From a virus (Duplodnaviria > Caudoviricetes), in the IMG/VR virus record IMGVR_UViG_3300049433_000067, positions 1 to 56,247 of that record: a stretch of DNA of 56,247 nt; one strand, 5' to 3'. Below, piece after piece: positions 19,683-27,687 of the stretch (within the stretch, counting starts at the first letter, position 1; each line of letters starts with the position of its first letter). Below the pieces are notes generated by a model, which was not told the DNA's origin, made no database searches, and was given only the letters and a program-made list of their open reading frames with translations. Position numbers and translations under genes: made by a program.

Positions 19683-19735
19683 CCCCGACGGCCGGCCAAG
19701 ATTGGTGTAGCAAGCGCCGCTAACCTTGATCATCG

Positions 19736-19765
19736 CCCCGGGCTCGTGTCGCGCCGGGCCCGGGG
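19736..19765 (-). terminator. Stem-loop after the MerR-like gene
   Basis: ccccgggc / gcccgggg inverted repeat. Confidence 0.45.
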
Positions 19766-19769
19766 TCCA

Positions 19770-19994
19770 TCATGCGAGGCGGTTCTTACCGATCGCGCGC
19801 TGCCGGGTGTCGCGGGCCGCGCGGAGCACGTCGATCATCTTGTACAGCCGGTGGCCGGACGGGTCGATGTCGGACGGTTCCAACAGGCCGCGGTGGGCCC
19901 AGCCGTGCACGGTGCTGACGGCGACACCGCAGAGGCTGGCGGCCTCACGGACCGACAGCAGGTTGTCCAACGTTTCGGGGACCAGTTCCGGCAT
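19770..19994 (-). CDS. MerR-type HTH DNA-binding protein
   Basis: Start 19994 with GGAGGAG RBS; LLSVREAASLCGVAVSTVHGWAHRGLL...GHRLY. Confidence 0.85.
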   Translation of the reverse strand: MPELVPETLDNLLSVREAASLCGVAVSTVHGWAHRGLLEPSDIDPSGHRLYKMIDVLRAARDTRQRAIGKNRLA

Positions 19995-20025
19995 TGTCGA
20001 CGCTCCTCCGGGGGCCTGGCATGAA

Positions 20026-20112
20026 CGAGCCCGGGCCACGTAGAAGGTGGTCCGGGCTCGGGGCGTACCTCTGGCACTGATTTGACTATAAAGGTCAAAC
20101 TCCGACCGGCAA
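20026..20112 (-). promoter_or_regulatory. Candidate promoter (TTGCCG-16-TATAGT) with overlapping palindrome and downstream hairpin
   Basis: -10 at 20090-20085; tttgac-N7-gtcaaa at 20081-20099; hairpin 20026-20060. Confidence 0.45.
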
Positions 20113-20772
20113 CTCTAGGGTGATCTTCCGCGTGTCGTAGGCGGTGATCAGTTCATCGATGACTAGCCGGGTGAGGAACGGGTAGTGCTCTTCCCTGATC
20201 ACCGTTGCGCAGTTGGCGCATTCGATGCGCCCTGTTGTCCGCAGGAGGCCGGCGACGTCGCAGTTGGGGCAGGGGGTTGGGAGGCGTTGCGTGAACCGGG
20301 TCAAGCCGAGCGTGCGGCGCACCTGGGCGTGGAGGTCGACCAACTCGATCGCGGTGTCGCGGGCCGCGCTGTACGTGCACAAGGCGTTCATGCGGACGGT
20401 CAGGTAGTGGTAGGCGGCGGCGACGCGGTGGGCTTCGACCGCTCGGGGGTGCAGTGGGGGTTCGTCGCCGAGTTCGTCGCGTAGCCCGTCTTCGACCCAG
20501 CCGAGGATGTCGGCGATCCATGAAGCTGTGTCGGATGCCCATTCTGCGGGGTGGCCGAAGGATCGTGCTCGGGTGGTGGCCAGTTTGCTGTTGCTGCTGG
20601 TCCGGGTGGGTGCAGGTAGGGCGGTTTTGACGGTGGCGTAGTCCTCGACGATCCAGTCCAACAGGCGGCGGTATCGGCGGCGGCACGCGCTGCAGACACA
20701 GTCCGAGGTGAGTTCCGGCTGGTCGTGGCCGTCGTCGCATCCCGGATACAGGCACGGGCTGACCAGGCTCAC
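20095..20772 (-). CDS. Cys-rich conserved phage protein, possible late-gene regulator
   Basis: Zn-finger-like CxxC pairs at both ends; last gene of the early operon. Confidence 0.55.
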   Translation of the reverse strand: MSLVSPCLYPGCDDGHDQPELTSDCVCSACRRRYRRLLDWIVEDYATVKTALPAPTRTSSNSKLATTRARSFGHPAEWASDTASWIADILGWVEDGLRDELGDEPPLHPRAVEAHRVAAAYHYLTVRMNALCTYSAARDTAIELVDLHAQVRRTLGLTRFTQRLPTPCPNCDVAGLLRTTGRIECANCATVIREEHYPFLTRLVIDELITAYDTRKITLELPVGV

Positions 20773-21134
20773 GGTGTCTCCCCACGGGCAACCCGGGCGG
20801 CGACGGGCGCCAATACGGCGGTGTGAGCGTCGCGGATGCCCTCAACCCACGCAGCCGCGATCGGGTTCACGCTGCCGTCGTAGCGCAGTTCGCAGTTGGG
20901 CGATACGAGCCCTGCGATTTCGTCGGCAGCCTGCTGGCGGGTGGCTTGCTGTAGCACCGGCAACGCAGCGACGAGGGAACGGGCACAGCTGTCACGCCAT
21001 GCCTGCTTCACCGACTCCCCGGCGTCCTCCCAGTACGCCTCGATCTCCCAGTGCTTGAACTCGAACGCGTCCTTCGCTGCTGCTTCTACGGCTTGCTGCC
21101 ACAGCCCCGGGTCAACACCGGCAGGGACAGTCAC
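20769..21134 (-). CDS. Hypothetical protein
   Basis: Coupled ORF in the early operon. Confidence 0.6.
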   Translation of the reverse strand: MTVPAGVDPGLWQQAVEAAAKDAFEFKHWEIEAYWEDAGESVKQAWRDSCARSLVAALPVLQQATRQQAADEIAGLVSPNCELRYDGSVNPIAAAWVEGIRDAHTAVLAPVAARVARGETP

Positions 21135-21427
21135 GAGACCGCCCCGAGACTCGTCAGGTACGCCTGGTAGCAGCGTTCATGCGCATAAACCCAGCGGTCA
21201 GTGTGGAATGGTGAATGCCAGTGCTGCTCCTGGATGTGGCGGACCCGGTACTCGGTGCCGACGATCGGCTCGGAGCACATCTCGCACGGCCCGATGGAGG
21301 TTCGCGCATCCTCCAGCGCCCGCTGCCGGATGAACCGGCTGATCGGCTCCCCGGCCGCCAGCCGTTGCAGTTCGTCGACCTCTTCGGCTGTGAATCGGAC
21401 GCTGACGACGTGTTCGAGTTTGCTCAC
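21131..21427 (-). CDS. Ribbon-helix-helix (CopG/MobC-like) protein
   Basis: VVSVRFTAEEVDELQRLA...ISRFIRQRALE. Confidence 0.65.
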   Translation of the reverse strand: MSKLEHVVSVRFTAEEVDELQRLAAGEPISRFIRQRALEDARTSIGPCEMCSEPIVGTEYRVRHIQEQHWHSPFHTDRWVYAHERCYQAYLTSLGAVS

Positions 21428-21753
21428 GGGGTCTCCTCTGGTCCAACCACAGGGTCAGATGGCTTGCCGATCCGGACGTTGAACGTGTCGTCGCGGCCGT
21501 CCATGTACACGTCCAGCGACAGGCCGTAAGCGTCGGCCTGATCGCGGTCGGTCAACGCGACGGCGCCGCCAGCCTTCTGTACGAGTGCGGCGATGAGCCA
21601 GCGGCGGCGGTCCAGCTCCTGCTGCTGATCACCCAATAACCGCGTCAGCCGGTCGTTGTCGCGCTTCGTCGCGTTGTAGCGGCGTTCGAAGTCGCATGGC
21701 CAGTGGCCGAACCGCGATAGCCCGATCGTTCGGTCGTAGTTGATCTCAGCCAT
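21424..21753 (-). CDS. Hypothetical protein
   Basis: Start 21753 with GAGGAG RBS (MAEINYDR). Confidence 0.6.
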   Translation of the reverse strand: MAEINYDRTIGLSRFGHWPCDFERRYNATKRDNDRLTRLLGDQQQELDRRRWLIAALVQKAGGAVALTDRDQADAYGLSLDVYMDGRDDTFNVRIGKPSDPVVGPEETP

Positions 21754-22057
21754 GCTGCTGTGTCTCCTCTGGTTGGACCGGGGCAGCGATCTCGACGAGA
21801 GCAGCAGACGCAGCGGCCAGCAGGTCATGGTCGACAGCGTGTGCAGCGCGAGCGATCCGGAGTAGTCGCCGCGCAGTCGTCGCCTCGTGGACGGCTACAG
21901 CCAAGTCACCCTCCAACCGCTCGATCTCCGTGAGCATCGCGTCGTCGTCGAGGGCCAAGCAGCGCCCGCACACGTACCGCTGCTCGATGGGTGTGTCGAC
22001 GTTGCCTGCGTACTGATGCTCGCTGAACTCGCCGTTGTACGAGATGCATGCGCTCAC
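21746..22057 (-). CDS. Hypothetical protein
   Basis: GTGA-coupled start 22057 (MSACISYNGEF). Confidence 0.6.
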   Translation of the reverse strand: MSACISYNGEFSEHQYAGNVDTPIEQRYVCGRCLALDDDAMLTEIERLEGDLAVAVHEATTARRLLRIARAAHAVDHDLLAAASAALVEIAAPVQPEETQQHG

Positions 22058-22428
22058 GTCTGTCCCCCTTGCTGCTCTCCAACCCCAGCAGCCCCCAAAG
22101 CGACGAGGAATTCGCGCGCTTCCACACGCCACATCTGCCGGTCGCCCCCATGGGAGGCGTGGTCCCAGTCCCAACTTCGCACCGAGGACGACAACTGCCG
22201 GGCCGCGACTTCGAGCACGGCCGGGTCGTTGGTGTCGACGCGTACTACGCCTGCCACCCGATCGAACTCATCGGCAGCAGCGATGGCTCTACGGGCGTCG
22301 GTCAGGTACAGATCGCGGTCGGCGCGCGCCATCTCGTCATACGTCGCGCTCCAGTTCGTGTCAGCGCGGTCATGCTCGAAGCACGCTTTCGCTGCTGCTT
22401 CTACCCGGTCTCTACTGTGATCAGCCAC
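22054..22428 (-). CDS. Hypothetical protein
   Basis: GGAGG RBS inside a junction repeat. Confidence 0.65.
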   Translation of the reverse strand: MADHSRDRVEAAAKACFEHDRADTNWSATYDEMARADRDLYLTDARRAIAAADEFDRVAGVVRVDTNDPAVLEVAARQLSSSVRSWDWDHASHGGDRQMWRVEAREFLVALGAAGVGEQQGGQT

Positions 22429-22656
22429 GGCCGACCTCCTGAGCTACGTGAGCGGCGTGTTCGTGGTCGTACGGCCTGCGGCAGCGGGTGTGGTTACGCG
22501 CATCGTCCGGCGGGTCACACAGGTAGAAACCGACCTCGTTCAGCGACGGCGGGACGAAGTGCGGCCGGTCGCCGTAGGTGCAGTTCGGGTGGTCCCGCTT
22601 GTGCTGCTCGCGGATGACCTTGATGGCACTCATGTGATCAGCCACGGCCGACCTCC
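22416..22656. repeat. 24-bp perfect direct repeat at gene junctions (22416-22439; 22633-22656)
   Basis: tgtgatcagccacggccgacctcc twice; on - strand = GGAGG RBS + GTG GCT GAT CAC. Confidence 0.9.
22421..22645 (-). CDS. Hypothetical protein (Cys/His-rich)
   Basis: Bounded by the 24-bp repeats. Confidence 0.6.
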   Translation of the reverse strand: MADHMSAIKVIREQHKRDHPNCTYGDRPHFVPPSLNEVGFYLCDPPDDARNHTRCRRPYDHEHAAHVAQEVGRG

Positions 22657-22681
22657 CCGGCGTTGAGCTTGACGTCAGGCG

Positions 22682-22900
22682 TCACCGGAACCTCCGTTGG
22701 GCTCGACACATCCGGAGCGTGAGCAGCGTCCAAGACCGGCCTTCGAGCACTACGCACAGGACGTCCTCGTCGTACAACTCGGCCCGACGCTTCCCGTTGG
22801 GCAGTCGGCGGACTTCCCAGTCCAGACCGCCTTGCCAGCCGAGCGGCTGAGCGGGACTCCACGACCCGTCGGGGTTCTGCTGCTGCAGTCCATCAGGCAT
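22682..22900 (-). CDS. Hypothetical protein
   Basis: GGAGG RBS; QQQNPDGSWSPAQP. Confidence 0.6.
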   Translation of the reverse strand: MPDGLQQQNPDGSWSPAQPLGWQGGLDWEVRRLPNGKRRAELYDEDVLCVVLEGRSWTLLTLRMCRAQRRFR

Positions 22901-23360
22901 CGGTACCTCCCCGCTTCACGAAGTCGGCTGCCCCGAGCACTGCGCTCTCCTCGGCGCCGTACCACGGGTGCCGGCCGTTGCGTGCGTACTCGACCAGCTC
23001 GTCTGCGATCTGTGCCCGCAGGAGAGGCAGCGCAGCAGCGAGAGTGTTGTCGATGATCTCCCTAGCGGTGAGGCTCGCGCCGTACTGGGTCAACTCGTTG
23101 TGGACGGCGAACGCTGCCCGTCTGGCTTCGGCGATGGCGGTCGCTGCCCGGTAGTCGTCGGGTGTCGGCTGCTCAGCGCGCCGCATCGAGCCGTGTCGAG
23201 TCGCAGCCCACGCGGCCACACAGTCCGGGTCGGTGCACTCGGAGAACCAGCCGTCATGCTCACGGCCATGACGGACCCCCGCAGCGCCACGCCACGCAGC
23301 TAGCTCAGCGTCGGAGTAGGTGATCAGGTGGCCCTTGGGTGTCGGCTGCTCAGTGGTCAC
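22893..23360 (-). CDS. Hypothetical protein with internal duplicated EQPTP
   Basis: Coupled ORF; 17-bp repeat at 23160-23176 and 23337-23353. Confidence 0.6.
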   Translation of the reverse strand: MTTEQPTPKGHLITYSDAELAAWRGAAGVRHGREHDGWFSECTDPDCVAAWAATRHGSMRRAEQPTPDDYRAATAIAEARRAAFAVHNELTQYGASLTAREIIDNTLAAALPLLRAQIADELVEYARNGRHPWYGAEESAVLGAADFVKRGGTDA

Positions 23361-23836
23361 GACGAAGCCCCCAACGCGACCAGGACAGCGTCAGCCCGGA
23401 GCCAGTAGCAGCCGTCGTCCTTCCAGTCGCCGCCGTTGACGCACAGGTCGAGCACGGCCTGCCGCTGAGCCCGCAGCACGACAAGCTCAGCGGCCATGAG
23501 CGCCCGCCCCGTCAACTGCTCCGTGACGTCCGAGACGACCGCCTCAGCCTCGGCCAGCTCGCCCCGCAGCCGCTGCACCTCGGCGAGCAGGGCAGGCACG
23601 TCGGTACGGGCAGCAGCGATGAACTCGGCGTCAGGAATCGACCGCAACCCGACCAGCCCCTCATCACTCAAAGCTGGCGTTGTGGCGATAGTCCACACCG
23701 CGCTCCCGCGACGGCGAAGCACCCGCCGGGCGTCGTGGTCCCACGGCCCGGGTGTCGCGTTCTCCAGCCGCGCCCGGAGCATGTCGAGGTCCAGTCCGCC
23801 TGCCTCAGTGGTCACCGGGGGAAGTTGATCAGCCAT
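23357..23836 (-). CDS. Ead/Ea22-like protein
   Basis: ATPGPW...DAEFIAAARTDVPALLAEV.RL motif; start 23836 (MADQ). Confidence 0.75.
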   Translation of the reverse strand: MADQLPPVTTEAGGLDLDMLRARLENATPGPWDHDARRVLRRRGSAVWTIATTPALSDEGLVGLRSIPDAEFIAAARTDVPALLAEVQRLRGELAEAEAVVSDVTEQLTGRALMAAELVVLRAQRQAVLDLCVNGGDWKDDGCYWLRADAVLVALGASS

Positions 23837-24026
23837 GATCAGACTCGATTCGCTCGACGAACTCCAACAACTCAGCGACACGGCCAGTCCGGATCATCTC
23901 GGCCGGGGTGCCGCGCAACCCGTTGATGTGGGCGTTCAGGTAGATCAGGACGCCTTCGTCGGTGTAGGTCTCGCGCAGCACCCGCACCACATCGACGATC
24001 GTCGGTCCTTCGGGCTCAGTGGTCAC
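23829..24026 (-). CDS. Small protein resembling the Xre/MbcA/ParS antitoxin C-terminal domain
   Basis: GTGA start 24026; YTDEGVLIYLNAHINGLRGTPAEMIRTGRVAELL. Confidence 0.5.
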   Translation of the reverse strand: MTTEPEGPTIVDVVRVLRETYTDEGVLIYLNAHINGLRGTPAEMIRTGRVAELLEFVERIESDHG

Positions 24027-24382
24027 CGGTCCCCCCGAGGAGACGCAGCGAGGCCAGCACGCTCGAACACCTCGGCCACCTTGTGCGCGAACGCGTCCAT
24101 CGACACGCCTTTGTTGCGGCTCAAATGCTCGACGGCGCACAACGCGGTCAGCGCCACATCGAGCAACTCGTCCTCGACGTCGACCATGCAATGCGTGACG
24201 CCCTTGCGTGGGTTCTGCCCGGTCGCGCCGACCAAAGCCGCGATGACTTCGCCGCACTCCTCGCTGACCTTCGCGACACGCCCCCACAGCGCGGCCTCGC
24301 GGTCTCGGCCCGCGTTGGCCGGGGCGGTGTCGACCCATTCCGATAGCGCGGCGAGCTTTGCCGCTGTCTCGTCGGTGATCAT
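24023..24382 (-). CDS. MazG-like nucleotide pyrophosphohydrolase
   Basis: Start 24382 with GAGGAG RBS; KVSEECGEV...GQNPRKG...EDELLDV. Confidence 0.8.
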   Translation of the reverse strand: MITDETAAKLAALSEWVDTAPANAGRDREAALWGRVAKVSEECGEVIAALVGATGQNPRKGVTHCMVDVEDELLDVALTALCAVEHLSRNKGVSMDAFAHKVAEVFERAGLAASPRGDR

Positions 24383-24708
24383 TTTTGGTTCTCCTCGTGA
24401 GGGGCAGAAACAGCAGCGACAGGGGCGACTGCAAGCGCGGCGGTGACGGCACGCGGGGCGAACTGCCAGAACGAATCCCGCGCCTTCACCGCTGCGTCGT
24501 AGGCCGCAAGCGACGCGAGCAGGTAGTCGGCCAGCACCCAGTCCGGGGTGTCGCTGCCGTTCTCCCGGCTGTGGTAGTTCAGCAGCGACTTCAGCTCTGT
24601 GCGGAACTCGTTGTCGGCGGGCATTGGCTCGGTCATTTGGTTTTCCTCCGGTGGTGGGTTGAAGACAGGTGCTACAGGGGTCGGAACGACGACGGGTGAC
24701 GGGGTCAC
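24379..24708 (-). CDS. Hypothetical protein (start 24708 or 24636)
   Basis: FRTELKSLLN.HSRENGSDTPDWVLADYL. Confidence 0.65.
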   Translation of the reverse strand: MTPSPVVVPTPVAPVFNPPPEENQMTEPMPADNEFRTELKSLLNYHSRENGSDTPDWVLADYLLASLAAYDAAVKARDSFWQFAPRAVTAALAVAPVAAVSAPHEENQK

Positions 24709-25244
24709 TGGTCGTGCTCCGCTCTCGATCTCCAGTCGGCGGCCCACTCGAAGTCGAAGCTGGCGCTCGCCGCGCACTGCTCGTCCTCGGGCCGGTCACC
24801 CACGAACAGCCCCATATAGGGCGGGTAGTACTCGTCAGGGTGGAGTTCTTTCAGCCCGTGGATCGCCTCCACCACGGCGCCAGCGGAGGGCTTGCGGCAC
24901 CAGCAGCGCGCCATCTCCGGCGTCGATGCGGACGGGTGGTGCACGCAGAAACAGATCTTGTCGAACAGCCCGCCGGTCTGTCGGTGGGTCTCCAGCATCG
25001 CCGCAGCGACGTCGACGTAGGAGACGATGCCCAGCGCGATGCCGCCCTGATTGGAGACGCCGACGATGCGGCCGCCACCGTCACGCCAGCGGCGCATCAT
25101 CACGACCGCCTCGGGGAACACGCGAACGTCGCCGGGGCCGTTGACGAACCGGCCGATCGGGTCGTCTTTCCCTTCGCGGACGGTGCCGTCCAGGTCGAGG
25201 CAGAGCACCGGCGTCGCGCGTTCGCTGACGATGTCCGTGGTCAC
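24705..25244 (-). CDS. HAD-IIIA family phosphatase (GmhB / polynucleotide-phosphatase-like)
   Basis: DLDGT, VSNQGGI, CRKP..G, FVGDRPED motifs; GTGA start 25244. Confidence 0.88.
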   Translation of the reverse strand: MTTDIVSERATPVLCLDLDGTVREGKDDPIGRFVNGPGDVRVFPEAVVMMRRWRDGGGRIVGVSNQGGIALGIVSYVDVAAAMLETHRQTGGLFDKICFCVHHPSASTPEMARCWCRKPSAGAVVEAIHGLKELHPDEYYPPYMGLFVGDRPEDEQCAASASFDFEWAADWRSRAEHDQ

Positions 25245-25441
25245 GAGGCCACCGCCGTGCGGGTCTCGACAACGACACGCACCTGCTCGACGCACTCCGG
25301 GCACAGCACCACGTTGTGCACCGGCCGCCCCGAGATCGTGACCGTCGACCAGCCCTCGGGCATCTGCCGGGCAGCACCCCGGAACGCGGTCACCCACTCG
25401 GCGAACGCCGGGCAGCGGGTGCAGCTGACAAGGTCGGTCAT
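25241..25441 (-). CDS. Hypothetical Zn-ribbon protein
   Basis: CTRC...PEGW...LCPEC. Confidence 0.6.
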   Translation of the reverse strand: MTDLVSCTRCPAFAEWVTAFRGAARQMPEGWSTVTISGRPVHNVVLCPECVEQVRVVVETRTAVAS

Positions 25442-26691
25442 GCTTCCTCCCAGGGAAGTCGGCGCCCAGCAGACAGGCGCTTAGGCCATTCGCGTTGCGC
25501 CCGCGGCCCACGCCACGGGGTGAACAGGGACTCACGCATCACCTGCTGAATGTGGCGTTCCTCCGCTGTCGGCTTCCCGTCGAACGGGACGGGGTGCAGG
25601 CAGTAGCCGAACTCGGGCCACCGCTTCCACAGGGACGCACCGAAGGGACGTAGCAGGTTGCCGTGCGGGCCGTCGGAGTGGGGCGTGTGCGCCTCCGTGA
25701 CCAGGGCGGCACCGGAGATGGCACGCATCCGGTCCAACACCCCCGCCAACTTCCTAGCCGGGCCCTCGTCGTTGGGGTTGTCCTCATGCAGCTGGTAGAT
25801 GGGGCCGATCAGGATCAGGTCCGGCTTCACCCGTTCGATCTGCGCGTACCTCGCTGCTGCCTCGCGGGGGTCGAGCAGGTTCGTCGGCCCGAGTTGCTCG
25901 AGGATCAGCATCCCCGGCTTCGGTAGGTGCCCGATCTGGTCGAGGGTGTCGAGCAGCTTCGTGTACTCGTCCTGGTTGATCTCTTCCGGGTTCTCCGCGT
26001 CGAGCACCAGCACCCGGACGGAGGGGATGCCTTCGGGGCGGAACGGGTGCAGCCCGCCGGCGGCGCAGCACGCGATCTGCCGCAGCAGCGTCGACTTCCC
26101 GTACCCCTCCGGGGCGGTCAGGATGATCCGGTTCTTCCTCGCGAGCAGACCGGGGATGACGTACTCGGTGTCGTGCCTCTTGCGGCGCACGAAGTCCAGG
26201 ACGTCGACCTCGGTGACGTCGCTCGACTGCATCCGCTGAACGACACGCAGCTTCGCGATGATGCCCTCAGCGTGGGCCACCGGTTCGGGGGTGGTGGGCT
26301 GGTCATGCTCGGCGATGGCCCGGACCAGCGTCTGCCGCAACGCCCGCGCTGTGGCCGCTTCGATGATCAGACCGCAGTGGTAGGACACCGACTCGGCGTC
26401 GTGGGAGTACGGGCCCGTCGCGAGTGCCATCACCGCATCGGAGTGGTCCCGGCCCAGCTTCACCGCACGCGACCCGACCGCTGCGGGTTCGATCTTCGCC
26501 CGCGCCTCGTCCAAGCTGCGCATGATCGTCCACAGGTCCGCGTGGATTCCCCAGTACCAGTCGCCGTCGGACAGCACCCGGGCCGCCGCCCGGTAGGCGT
26601 CCTCGTTCCACATCGCAGCGGCGAGCACAGCCCGTTCCGACGTGACCGCCTGCGCCGGACGTACCTCGTCGACATCGTCGGGCATCGTCAC
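25438..26691 (-). CDS. Replicative helicase (DnaB N-terminal domain + RecA/AAA ATPase)
   Basis: ERAVLAA N-domain; APEGYGKST Walker A; RPFGASLW. Confidence 0.85.
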   Translation of the reverse strand: MTMPDDVDEVRPAQAVTSERAVLAAAMWNEDAYRAAARVLSDGDWYWGIHADLWTIMRSLDEARAKIEPAAVGSRAVKLGRDHSDAVMALATGPYSHDAESVSYHCGLIIEAATARALRQTLVRAIAEHDQPTTPEPVAHAEGIIAKLRVVQRMQSSDVTEVDVLDFVRRKRHDTEYVIPGLLARKNRIILTAPEGYGKSTLLRQIACCAAGGLHPFRPEGIPSVRVLVLDAENPEEINQDEYTKLLDTLDQIGHLPKPGMLILEQLGPTNLLDPREAAARYAQIERVKPDLILIGPIYQLHEDNPNDEGPARKLAGVLDRMRAISGAALVTEAHTPHSDGPHGNLLRPFGASLWKRWPEFGYCLHPVPFDGKPTAEERHIQQVMRESLFTPWRGPRAQREWPKRLSAGRRLPWEEA

Positions 26692-27473
26692 GACGCATCA
26701 CCCGGCATCGAATGCATCCACGACGTGTTGTCGGCGGCGGCGCGCGGCCCAGCTACCTCATCGTCCCAGCGGCCCTGATGCAGCCACGTCGATGGATGCA
26801 CGGTGAACTTTGGGTCACCGTCTCGGACGCTCGACGCGTACCGGCGCATGCCTTCGAGCAGCACTGACGACGGGACGGCAGCCCGGATCGCGGCTTGGTA
26901 CTTCCGGAACGCGTCAGCCTTGGCGATCTTCTTCGGGCACATCATCCAGAACTCAGCGAAGCGGGAGTCGGCCGTGGACGTCGGCGCCTTCTCGGGCTTC
27001 GGCTTCGGACGGTCATCCGGAGCTTGCGACGTCTTTGAATGACTCTCTTTAAATGACTCTCCTTCTGCTCGGTCACCCTGACCTAGGGTGTCGGTCTCAC
27101 TGACCGGGGGGGTAGGTCCCTCAGACCCTGGCCCGGGTTCTGTAGGACCCCGGGGTCTCACAGACCCATGCTTGTTTCCTCGGCCGGAGTTGCTTCCAGC
27201 CAGCAGGACATATTCGTTGGTGATCCGCGCGTCGTTGTCGCCGATCCGCGACTCCCACGAGATGAAGCCGTGGTCCCGAAGCCACCGAAGTTGCCGCTTC
27301 ACGGTGCTCAACGACATGCCGAGAAGGTCCGCCAGACGCTTGTGCGACGGCCACGCCGACCGGTTCCCACCGACGTGGGAGGACAGCACCAGGTAGACGA
27401 GCTTGGCGTCGCGAGGGACTTCCGGGTCGTGAAGCATCGACCGCGGAATGGTGGCGAACCCCTGCTCGCTCAC
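26688..27473 (-). CDS. Replication initiator (N-terminal wHTH, lambda O-like layout)
   Basis: Start 27473; AKLVYLVL...AWPS..RLA..LGMS.STVKR; C-terminal F.EFW..CPKK...HPSTWL.Q.RWDDE; upstream of the helicase. Confidence 0.82.
   Translation of the reverse strand: MSEQGFATIPRSMLHDPEVPRDAKLVYLVLSSHVGGNRSAWPSHKRLADLLGMSLSTVKRQLRWLRDHGFISWESRIGDNDARITNEYVLLAGSNSGRGNKHGSVRPRGPTEPGPGSEGPTPPVSETDTLGQGDRAEGESFKESHSKTSQAPDDRPKPKPEKAPTSTADSRFAEFWMMCPKKIAKADAFRKYQAAIRAAVPSSVLLEGMRRYASSVRDGDPKFTVHPSTWLHQGRWDDEVAGPRAAADNTSWMHSMPGDAS
27031..27166. promoter_or_regulatory. Candidate replication origin (iterons + AT-rich tract) inside the initiator gene
   Basis: GGTC-N5-GACC at 27071, 27093, 27115, 27137 (1 mismatch) and 27154; AT-rich 27031-27060. 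Confidence 0.7.
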
Positions 27474-27501
27474 AGCAGTTTGGCTCCCTTCTGGACCTGG
27501 C

Positions 27502-27687
27502 TCATTCCGGTATCCCTTCTCGCAGCTCGTCGATGGTTGCTCCGAGCAGGGCCATCCGGGTGTCGTCGGCGTCGCTGCGGCAGTCTGGGCACCAGTGCCG
27601 ATGCCCCAGGATTGACAGGGCGAGCACGATCCGGGCGTTCGCCTGCCGGAACTCGTGGCGGGCTTCGACCTCGGCACCGGAGGTCAT
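27502..27687 (-). CDS. Hypothetical protein
   Basis: Coupled ORF with CxxC. Confidence 0.55.
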   Translation of the reverse strand: MTSGAEVEARHEFRQANARIVLALSILGHRHWCPDCRSDADDTRMALLGATIDELREGIPE

